DNA from: Synechococcus elongatus PCC 6301
GTDB lineage: Bacteria; Cyanobacteriota; Cyanobacteriia; Synechococcales; Synechococcaceae
DNA length: 32,000 nt
NCBI RefSeq assembly: GCF_000010065.1
Contig: NC_006576.1
Location: forward strand, 840,001 to 872,000
Direction: 5' to 3'
Below are positions 23,983-31,709 of the stretch, one piece after another; within the stretch, counting starts at the first letter, position 1, and every line of letters begins with the position of its first letter. The notes beneath the pieces are model-generated. The model searched no databases. It was not told where the DNA came from and saw only the letters and a list, made by a program, of their open reading frames with translations. Made by a program: the position numbers and the translations under genes.

Positions 23983-24306
23983 GTTAGATGAGGTGCTTTC
24001 AAATCGCTTTCTAGTGTTTTTATGACTACTAAAGCACTACATATAGTGTCTATTGTGTGATGTAATTCGCCTTGCTAACGAAAAGTGGAAAGCTTCGATA
24101 GTATGAAGTCGGAGCTTGTTAAGTCTCGCTTGGGGCGAAGGTATGCCGTATCTACCTGGAACAGGTCAAAACATAGAACGAATGGACGCCTGTTGAGTTA
24201 TCAAATTCGTGCGCTGAAATCAGTATAAGTCAAGAAAAATAGAACTTCTATAACAAGCTAATCCTATGTTAGGTCTGCGGGAGTAGGACGTCTGAGGGAA
24301 TTTCAC

Positions 24307-24858
24307 ATGGCTCTGGAATCAAGGGACAAATTAAAATCATTGGTTCACTACATTTGTAGTAAACGATCAGGTTCTCCGAGCCTGGGCTCAACCAAGCTGA
24401 ATAAGATTCTTTGGTTTCTCGATAGTATTGTTTACCGACAAACAGGAAAACCAATTACAGGTGCAAAATACAAAAAACTTCAACATGGTCCAGTACCAGT
24501 AGATATTCTTGCGATCCAAAAGGAATTGGAATCAGAAGGTAAGATATCTGTTAGTTATGACAGGTCTTACGGATTTGGATTCCGCACAACAATATATACT
24601 TCTTTGCAAGAGCCCGACAAAAGCTTGCTTGAAGAAGACGAACTCAAATTTGTAGATATTGTCATTTCACGGATCTGCGACGGCCACACAGCCAGATCCA
24701 TCAGCGAGCATTCGCATGACGTTATCTGGGAGGCTGCCGCCATGGGTGAGGAGATACCTCTTGAGGCAGTTTTAGCGTCAGAGGAAGCTCCACTAGAGCC
24801 TGAAGATATAGATTGGGCTCGTGGCGTCATCCGAAAACGGAAAGAAGGAATTGCTTAA
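24307..24858 (+). CDS. Panacea (DUF4065/SocA-like) domain protein, candidate antitoxin
   Basis: STKLNKILWFLDSIVYRQTGKPITGAKYKKLQHGPVPVDILAIQKELESEGKI is the DUF4065 signature. Confidence 0.85.
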   Translation: MALESRDKLKSLVHYICSKRSGSPSLGSTKLNKILWFLDSIVYRQTGKPITGAKYKKLQHGPVPVDILAIQKELESEGKISVSYDRSYGFGFRTTIYTSLQEPDKSLLEEDELKFVDIVISRICDGHTARSISEHSHDVIWEAAAMGEEIPLEAVLASEEAPLEPEDIDWARGVIRKRKEGIA

Positions 24859-25172
24859 TGCAAGGCGGGTCATGGTTTGCCAAGTCAATCATAGAGTCCG
24901 AAGAAACGATAAGAGTAAAGGATTATGCGTCTAGTGAATTTTGGCGCTTTGATTCAGCCTGGAACGGTATTACTTGGCGACTTGCAAGACAAGCTCATTT
25001 GATGGGGACGGAGATTGGCGGATACAGGGTATATAAATTCCCTGGAATTGACGCAGGCGGTGAATCTGTCCCATCCATGGTCTTGGTCTTTGAAGTCCGG
25101 GAGGATGAAGTAGAGATAATTGATTTGCGGATAGGCCCCCCTGTCGCTGACACCTACGAGCTGGATTGGTAG
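24858..25172 (+). CDS. Candidate RelE/ParE-like toxin paired with the Panacea protein
   Basis: ATG overlaps the upstream stop (TAATG). FDSAWNGITWRLARQAHLMGTEIGGYRVYKFPG...PSMVLVFEVREDEVEIIDLRI follows a RelE-fold pattern. Confidence 0.65.
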   Translation: MQGGSWFAKSIIESEETIRVKDYASSEFWRFDSAWNGITWRLARQAHLMGTEIGGYRVYKFPGIDAGGESVPSMVLVFEVREDEVEIIDLRIGPPVADTYELDW

Positions 25173-25234
25173 TAGCAATCTACTGATAATTCAAGAGATC
25201 ACCTAGCCTTTTGATAGTTTAGGATAACCCAGCC

Positions 25235-25267
25235 GAAAAGCCTGCCCCATCATCGTTTTCCATTTCT
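25235..25267 (+). repeat. Diverged 33-nt module copy 4
   Basis: GAAAAGCCTGCCCCATCATCGTTTTCCATTTCT: outer arms GAAAA and CGTTTTCC-TTTCT conserved, centre diverged. Confidence 0.6.
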
Positions 25268-25360
25268 ATTCAGGCTGCCAATTCACTTGTTAGAAGTTAA
25301 ATGTTGTGCTTCTGACAAACCTCAATACGTGGTTTACACACACAATTTTAGGTTCTGATC

Positions 25361-26089
25361 ATGCTGACAGATAATCATGAGGCTTTTTTCTCACCATCTA
25401 ATAACCAAACAATTTGGCGCTATATGGACTTCACAAAGTTCATTAGTTTACTTGAAACCCAAAAGCTTTTCTTTGCTAGGTTAGACCAGTTTGAGGATCC
25501 CTACGAAGGCACTTGGTCAAATGCAGGCATTCAAGTTCTTCGAAACCAAGTACAAATTGGTGCTTTCTCAAATAATGCTGCTGAACAATTAATCAATTTT
25601 CAGGATATTCAGAGGAAAATAATGTTTATCAGTTGTTGGCATGCCAATGAGTTTGAATCAGCAGCAATGTGGAAACTCTATCTAAATAGCAATGAAGGTG
25701 TTGCTATTAAAACTGATTACAATACACTCGCAATCAGCCTAGAAAGTGCACCACTAAAAGCGGGGATATCAATGGTGAGATATATTGATTATGACAATGA
25801 AGTAATTCCATTCAATAACATTTTTTATCCCATTACTCACAAAAGACGTAGTTTTGCCCATGAAAAAGAGCTTAGGGCAATTATGTGGACGCCAGAAGCC
25901 ATTCAAGATCCAGACAAGATACTAAATTCAGTTACTGTTGATATCTTGCCGTCTCAACTTATACAGTCTGTATATGTATCACCAACCGCACCTAGGTGGT
26001 TTGGTGAGTTAGTCGACAATGTGGCTCGCCGTTATAGTCTAGAAGTTCCTGTTATTCACTCAGATCTCTATAACCGACCTGTTTTCTAA
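25361..26089 (+). CDS. DUF2971 family protein
   Basis: IWRYMDFTKFISLLETQKLFFARLDQFEDPYEGTW...KRRSFAHEKELRAIMW, typical DUF2971 N- and C-terminal motifs. Confidence 0.75.
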   Translation: MLTDNHEAFFSPSNNQTIWRYMDFTKFISLLETQKLFFARLDQFEDPYEGTWSNAGIQVLRNQVQIGAFSNNAAEQLINFQDIQRKIMFISCWHANEFESAAMWKLYLNSNEGVAIKTDYNTLAISLESAPLKAGISMVRYIDYDNEVIPFNNIFYPITHKRRSFAHEKELRAIMWTPEAIQDPDKILNSVTVDILPSQLIQSVYVSPTAPRWFGELVDNVARRYSLEVPVIHSDLYNRPVF

Positions 26090-26314
26090 ACTGCTAAGTC
26101 TTTCAACCTATCAGAAGAGATATTAATTTTGTTCTTTTTGAAGATACTCTTCCCGACTAGGTAATAATGACATTGGGAGTTGAACTTCTTACTAGTTGCT
26201 GTAATTACTAGATATCTTAGCTACTTAACTAAAAAGTTTTAGTAACGATAGAATTCTAAGGTTTTACTTGTAATTTTGCATAAAATAAAGTTTGGATCTT
26301 CCAGAACAAAAAAC

Positions 26315-26849
26315 TTACCAAACACTAGATGCTGTTCTGACAGACAGATATTTCTGATTAAGTATTTCGTAAAAATTACCTCTTTTATTAATAATTTTAT
26401 CTAGTTCTTTAGCATCAAAGGTTATCACAACTATTTTATCCTTAACCTAGGCATTACGAATGATTTGTTTTGCATCTTTCGTGATGCCATTTGTAGCAAA
26501 AAAAATTCCAATATTAGCGTCAACATCCCGCATTTTGGAGCAGAAAGTTCTTAACTCACATGCACCTACTGTTTTTTGCCAATTTTTACATTCAACGATT
26601 AGTAAATAAGAAAATTCAAAGAAAAGAGTAGCTTCAATTCGTTTTACGGTAAAGTCTAAATCTATTTCTCCTGTTTCACACCTCCTTCTTTTACTATTAA
26701 GCTTTAGAATAAGGAGATTCTAGAAAATTATGAGCTAGCTCCTCAAGAACTAAACCAAGGTCATCATCTTCTCTTGGTTTATTTACTCTTGACAGTAAAT
26801 CAGTAAGCAAATCTCTAGACTTATTAATTTTCTCATCTAATACTATCTC
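26315..26849 (-). pseudogene. Disrupted Mrr-like PD-(D/E)XK restriction endonuclease-related gene
   Basis: Minus frames give EIVLDEKINKSRDLLTDLLSRVNKPREDDDLGLVLEELAHNFLESPYSKA(shift)LNSKRRRCETGEIDLDFTVKRIEATLFFEFSYLLIVECKNWQKTV...GIFFATNGITKDAKQIIRNA*VKDKIVVITFDAKELDKIINKRG. One frameshift near 26697-26720 and one in-frame TAG at 26449-26447. Confidence 0.7.
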
Positions 26850-26916
26850 AGGGGTACAGCTTCAACTTATCAAAGAGAGTTAAATCTTGGTGTGAGTTAT
26901 CTCCCACTCTAGCCTC

Positions 26917-28297
26917 CTAAATCCGAGTTAAGACAATCTGATTATCTTGCAATTCTCGTGATTTAGAATCTTGATCTAACTCAAAAGTTTCATTAAATGA
27001 GTAGGTTAAAAATATATTTTTCTCGGAAACTTCAAACTCGTGAGAACAATGACTGCATTTATTCTCTTCATTCAAAGGTATATCTCTATAACTAGAGTAA
27101 ACTTCTATGGTTTCCTGACAATTTGGGCAGACAAGTTCAAATTGTTCTGTGAGGTACCCTAATCTCACTAACCTTGAAATAGTCTCTATCCATTTTCCTT
27201 CATCTAAGCTAAAGCCAAGTGTTTGATAGATTCGTGGGTTAAATCTTTTTCCATATCCATGGCTGCGAATAGCATGAATAAGTGATTGAATAACATTTTC
27301 ATCTGACGTGGTTACATCTGACTTTAAGCCTAATTTTTTCAATGATGGTAAAAACTTTATTTTGTGCACAATTGAAAAGACATACTCAATAAGCTCTTCA
27401 GGAACATCACTCATAAACCATATATTCCCTTGGCTACTAATATGCAAAGAAGACTCGATTATTTTTCTCGAATAAGAAGTATAGAGAAACTCTAGACGGG
27501 TTTCTCTTAAGTCCCCTTGAGCAAAATAATTTGTATATTCTTCAGATGCATCTAAGTCATCTAAATCAGGAGAGGCAGAGACATAGATTGTATCAATATC
27601 TCCACCAAATCTCTTATATTTTGTAGCTTTTGATTTCCCATTGAGTTCGTTGTTTTAAAAGCAAAATATCTTGATTAGTAAAAGTCATAGGTTCTATTTC
27701 TATGCCGAGCAACAATGACATCGAGTTGTACAGCATTTCACTTTCGCGAATACTAGCTCTTGTCTCGACAACAAAAGTTGTATCTAGAAGCCTAATGTAA
27801 GAATTTAAGCGCTTAGTAGGAATAACTATGCGTCTTTCATAATTATCTTCGATTTCATATTTTTTCCCAGCACAAACAAATTCAAGACGCAATAAATTTC
27901 CACTGATCCATTCAGCACTGTTAAAGGCAGGCTTTTGAGTAAGTTGAGGCCTTATTTCGTTCTTGAATGGATCAGCTGAGTTTCTATCTTGAATGATCTT
28001 GCTGAGCTCATTTCTAGATAGTATTCTCCTCTCTAGGGGTATACCCCAGCAAACTGAAACTCTACCTGCAAATTTATAAGATTGAATCAGTTTAATAATG
28101 CTATTGATGTCAATAGCATTTTGGTCAAGAAGTATTTGTACTTCATTGATAAGAGCATCTTTTGTAGTATGTTTTGGCAGATCTTGCCCACCATCGGCAT
28201 CACCCAATAATTCTTGAAGGGCTTTAACAGGAACATACTTATCTAGCTCCTGAAGAAGGGGAAAGAATCCTAAGTTATTGGAAGACTGCTCTTTCAT
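26917..28297 (-). pseudogene. Uncharacterised ~430-aa protein split by one frameshift (listed as two ORFs 27614-28297 and 26917-27447)
   Basis: After the 227-aa ORF the +1 frame reads KATKYKRFGGDIDTIYVSASPDLDDLDASEEYTNYFAQGDLRETRLEFLYTSYSRKIIEDSSLHISSQGNIWFMSDV..., directly in frame with the 176-aa ORF, which ends in a zinc ribbon (CPNC...CSHC). The shift lies between 27617 and 27657. Confidence 0.7.
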
Positions 28298-28489
28298 GCC
28301 GAGGCAATTAATTCAAAAGGTAATATCATTAATCCTGTTGGCCTTATTTTAGCCTAAACATACCCAAAGTGAGCTGCTCAGAATTAAAGTAAAGTAATAC
28401 TTATAGATTTATTGAGATTTAAGACAACTTAGGCAAAATAAGTAATAGTCAGTAGTCTAGAAGAATAAAAAATTATCTCAAGAACAATC

Positions 28490-28912
28490 TTACTTGAGAT
28501 GCTTAACTGAAGCACTAGTCAACTCTTGTAACTTAGATGCCACTTCCACTCTATGACATCTTGAGAAATCCATCTCTGCACAGAGCAATAAAATGTTTCC
28601 AGTCTCAAGCATCTCAGCAACTTCGCATAAGGTTTGCTTAGCTGCTTCAGGTTCAGGTGGAATCCAATGACTACTACCTGACAAATTACCTAGCGATGAC
28701 TTAGAAACATATTGAATATTTTCAGAGGTGCAAAGCTTTTGAAGAGCATCTCCGTACCACATTCTAGACCAGGCACGTGGCTTCAATCTTACATCGACTA
28801 CACAGGTGACACTAAATTCTCTAAGACAAGAAAGAAAAGCATCATAATTTTTTCGGTTTCCGTAACCGAAGGTCAGCACTGTCTTGCTTTCAGAAGTTGC
28901 TAAATCAGGCAT
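28490..28912 (-). CDS. DUF488 family protein
   Basis: TFGYGNRKNYDAFLSCLREFSVTCVVDVRLKPRAWSRMW...LLLLCAEMDFSRCHRVEVASKL. Confidence 0.85.
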   Translation of the reverse strand: MPDLATSESKTVLTFGYGNRKNYDAFLSCLREFSVTCVVDVRLKPRAWSRMWYGDALQKLCTSENIQYVSKSSLGNLSGSSHWIPPEPEAAKQTLCEVAEMLETGNILLLCAEMDFSRCHRVEVASKLQELTSASVKHLK

Positions 28913-28913
28913 T

Positions 28914-29729
28914 TTACAAGTCCAGTAAGCTCAGAGTTTGTACATCAGTTTCTCGGGAGTTTTTTGGAGGGTAAAATATTCCTATAATCATAAAAACTTT
29001 GCAATGCTGTTTGAGATTACCTACTATAAAATAAATATCTTTTTTAGACAAGAACTCATTTTCTAGCTTCTCTCTAACCTTGGATAAGGATTCTAATTCT
29101 CTTCCCTCTAGACTGGAAGCATTAGATTTATCTCGACACTTTCTATAAAGTTCGCAGATCTCCCAGTCGCTTATTGAGTACGAACGTTTTTTGTTATCTA
29201 CTTCAGTAAATTGGTAGCCAAACTGGTAAGGTATTTTCTCTAGATTCAACGAAGGCTCGAACAAATCACCCTGATCTTGAATAGCTCTTTGCTTTGGGCT
29301 CCACTCACGTTCAGTTTCTCTGCAAAAATATTTTTCTATACTTCTGGGCTTAATTATGCCTAAAGATTTTCCTTGTGCTTGTATTTCAGCGATAGATCTG
29401 AATTGCAAAGGTAATACAAAAGACTTACGCTCTTCCCAGTTATTTTTGGTTCCTATGTGCCTGACTACATCTATTGAAGTATCATTAATCCGATAACTTT
29501 CTTCTCGATAGTCTTTCTCATTTCTTTCGACTTCTGCACTAATAATCGACCATCTCTTATAACGCTTGTCGAAGTCTAGATTTCGAAATCTCACTGGATA
29601 AATTCGAATCCACTGGACGGGTTTTTCATTGGCATCCAGAAGAATTCCTGCAGTACAAACAGTTTCCTTATACTTGGTACTAATAGATGGATAGGTTTTA
29701 GTTGCAATTAGGATCTTTCGTCTTTCCAT
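28914..29729 (-). CDS. Uncharacterised 271-aa protein, possibly of the 'dual OB-containing domain' type, coupled to DUF488
   Basis: MERRKILIATKTYPSISTKYKETVCTAGILLDANEKPVQWIRIYPVRFRNLD...; its stop codon is 1 nt from the DUF488 start. Domain label is from memory of the N-terminal pattern. Confidence 0.6.
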   Translation of the reverse strand: MERRKILIATKTYPSISTKYKETVCTAGILLDANEKPVQWIRIYPVRFRNLDFDKRYKRWSIISAEVERNEKDYREESYRINDTSIDVVRHIGTKNNWEERKSFVLPLQFRSIAEIQAQGKSLGIIKPRSIEKYFCRETEREWSPKQRAIQDQGDLFEPSLNLEKIPYQFGYQFTEVDNKKRSYSISDWEICELYRKCRDKSNASSLEGRELESLSKVREKLENEFLSKKDIYFIVGNLKQHCKVFMIIGIFYPPKNSRETDVQTLSLLDL

Positions 29730-29980
29730 CTACGTCATGAATCACATATTTTTAGCTAAGCCACCATAATACTTTCTCTTGAGTCTTTGTTAAAAAGCAA
29801 AATATGACCTTTTCATCTCAGATCAATGAATACATGAGAGTTAAACACTATCTGTAGTGGCCAAGTAGTTTTGATAGCCACTATCTTGTGTTTCTTATCG
29901 AGAGAATTAATCTCACTTCTCAGCTAACTGTTGCCTCGGCTCCTCTCAAAACACCCCCAGCCGCTGTCTGCACCTATTGA

Positions 29981-29988
29981 GCGATCGC
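29981..29988. repeat. First HIP1 octamer (GCGATCGC) after the HIP1-free stretch
   Basis: GCGATCGC read directly; the preceding copy is at ~23336-23343. Confidence 0.9.
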
Positions 29989-30000
29989 ACCAATCAAGCC

Positions 30001-30465
30001 CTAGGCAAACGGGTCTTGATTACTGCCCATCATGCGGCTGAGACGTCGGGCACGCTCACCCACCTGGTCAGCCCAGAGGCTGTTCAGCATCTCATCAGCT
30101 GCCTCGGCGTAGCGTCCGGCCTCAATGTGGCCTAGGGTCTTACGGAAGCGAAGCAGGCCGTCGATACCCAGATTAATTGCCATGTCGATCAGCACTCGCT
30201 GACGCACCCACGAAAGCTGTCTAACCCAAGGCAGGCGCGACTCAAGCTGTCGCATTGCGTGGTCGATGTCGCTCACCAGCAGCAACCGCGCTTCAGCCTC
30301 ACTGATGCCGCGGTCGTCCAGATTGCGACCGATGCCAATCGTCAGCCTGCCCGCCGTGCAGCGGTACGGCTTCAGCCGCAAGCCCTCATGCAAGGTCAAC
30401 TGCCGAATCAGGTCGACACGCTCGCCGGTAAGTTGGTCTGCAATCGTGCGGATGCGGTCACTCAT
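30001..30465 (-). CDS. Phage lysozyme/endolysin (GH24, T4-like)
   Basis: LTLHEGLRLKPYRCTAGRLTIGIGRNLDDRGIS, E-8aa-C-5aa-T catalytic arrangement. Confidence 0.88.
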   Translation of the reverse strand: MSDRIRTIADQLTGERVDLIRQLTLHEGLRLKPYRCTAGRLTIGIGRNLDDRGISEAEARLLLVSDIDHAMRQLESRLPWVRQLSWVRQRVLIDMAINLGIDGLLRFRKTLGHIEAGRYAEAADEMLNSLWADQVGERARRLSRMMGSNQDPFA

Positions 30466-30638
30466 TTCTTCGCTCTTGCGCCAAGGAACCCTGCCGCAAA
30501 CTCAACCGCTCGATAGACCCCACCCAGCACCTGATTATCCTTAGGCGTTGGGGTCAAATTCACAATCACCAGCGCGGCCGCATGGACGTACAGAAATACC
30601 GTGAAAATCTCATCCTTGTGCTGGAGGATTTGAGACAT
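30462..30638 (-). CDS. Small phage membrane protein (58 aa)
   Basis: MSQILQHKDEIFTVFLYVHAAALVIVNLTPTPKDNQVLGGVYRAVEFAAGFLGARAKK; ATGA overlap with the lysozyme start. Confidence 0.55.
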   Translation of the reverse strand: MSQILQHKDEIFTVFLYVHAAALVIVNLTPTPKDNQVLGGVYRAVEFAAGFLGARAKK

Positions 30639-30667
30639 GGAGTTTGTGAAAAATCAACACCCCAATT

Positions 30668-30862
30668 CTAATTACCCCCATCATCCTTGTCTTGGCTTCG
30701 AGGGGTCATCAGAGCAAACAGCGACGAGACGTAGATCATCGTCAGCTCAGCGAAGCGCGGCCGAAGCTCCTTGTCCTGGTAGGCCATGACGCTGAAGGCG
30801 ATGAACAGCAGCGTTGCCAGCCCAGCCAGCACATTGAACCGCTGCCGATCATCGCTGCTCAT
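30668..30862 (-). CDS. Small two-TM protein, candidate holin
   Basis: MSSDDRQRFNVLAGLATLLFIAFSVMAYQDKELRPRFAELTMIYVSSLFALMTPRSQDKDDGGN, coupled to the upstream M15 gene and next to the endolysin. Confidence 0.55.
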   Translation of the reverse strand: MSSDDRQRFNVLAGLATLLFIAFSVMAYQDKELRPRFAELTMIYVSSLFALMTPRSQDKDDGGN

Positions 30863-31440
30863 CAGTAGTCCCAAACCCCTTTCGGCCCGTCGTCGAGGTG
30901 CACGAACCGGCGACCAGCTTTGATGCCGCGACCCACGCCGCCGTTCCAGTTCTGCTCGCACCACTGTTCGAACTCAAGCGGATTGAACTGGAGTGGGGAC
31001 ACATCAGCCGCGCCGCCAGTCAGGTGATAGCTGTCGTCAACACCACCAACCCGAGCGTTAGTCACCGGGTCGCGGAACCAAGACGTGACACCCAGCGGGC
31101 CGAACTGCTTACGGAGTACGTCGAGCCGTGCAGCCAGCTTCACGATCCGCCGCTTGTTCTCAGCAGTCACCCGCTGCCTACGGAAGTCATCGAACTGGAA
31201 CACCTCGCCCACCGTGAAGTGCTCAGAAACGCGAGCATCCCACTCACTCCACTGAACCGTCTCAGCCGTGAGTGGTTGCGCGTTCGCCGTGCGGTAGGTC
31301 TTGACCCACTCGGCACTGTCCCGCATGGCAGCGTCGGGAATCACACCCGCCAACATATAGGCAGCCCGGCGATGGTTAGGGTTGTTGGGGTCGAAGTGGA
31401 TGAAGAAATCGAGGAACTTATCAGCCGTAATGGTGCTCAT
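30862..31440 (-). CDS. Peptidase M15 family (VanY/phage L-Ala-D-Glu type) protein
   Basis: LGVTSWFRDPVTNARVGGVDDSYHLTGGAADVSPL...VGRGIKAGRRFVHLDDG: zinc ligands H..D...H in M15_3 context. Confidence 0.82.
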   Translation of the reverse strand: MSTITADKFLDFFIHFDPNNPNHRRAAYMLAGVIPDAAMRDSAEWVKTYRTANAQPLTAETVQWSEWDARVSEHFTVGEVFQFDDFRRQRVTAENKRRIVKLAARLDVLRKQFGPLGVTSWFRDPVTNARVGGVDDSYHLTGGAADVSPLQFNPLEFEQWCEQNWNGGVGRGIKAGRRFVHLDDGPKGVWDY

Positions 31441-31670
31441 TGGGCAGTCTTCAACTCCAAGTCCCTAACGCGCCGTTCCAGCTCCACAAGCTGCGCACTG
31501 GTGTTCTTGGCGATTTCAAGGATCCGCGTTTGGCTGGCCTTGATTTCGATGATGCTGGCCTACATCGCCCACAGCAGACCAACGATCGCCAGAAAAGAAC
31601 TAGCCAAGATGGTTGGTGCCGCGCCAGCGAATACACGGTCAAGCGTGGAATGCTCTTTGCTTTCACCCAT
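31437..31670 (-). pseudogene. Small TM + coiled-coil phage protein interrupted by one in-frame TAG
   Basis: MGESKEHSTLDRVFAGAAPTILASSFLAIVGLLWAM*ASIIEIKASQTRILEIAKNTSAQLVELERRVRDLELKTAQ; TAG at 31562-31560, stop overlaps the M15 start. Confidence 0.6.
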
Positions 31671-31709
31671 CTCTTTAGATTCCAGTGAAGTTCTGTTGCG
31701 CTGACAACC

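Noticed and set aside
22960-25270. CRISPR array from the repeated 33-nt modules
   Set aside because: Only a few copies, separated by hundreds of bases containing complete genes; no spacer-sized units.
27650-27660. TTTAAAA slippery heptamer in frame as possible -1 programmed frameshift site
   Set aside because: The heptamer is in the correct register (T TTA AAA), but the continuation frame needed to join the two ORFs is +1, and the -1 frame does not read into the downstream ORF.
29947-29970. Fifth degenerate module copy (CAAAACACCCCCAGCCGCTGTCTG) at the right island edge
   Set aside because: Only AAAAC...CCCAGCC is shared and alignment needs gaps; could be chance. Worth testing computationally but not claimed as a copy.
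30898-31704. 268-aa + ORF antisense to the M15 peptidase and upstream small gene
   Set aside because: The opposite strand has well-supported phage domains and coupled starts; the + translation shows no family pattern.
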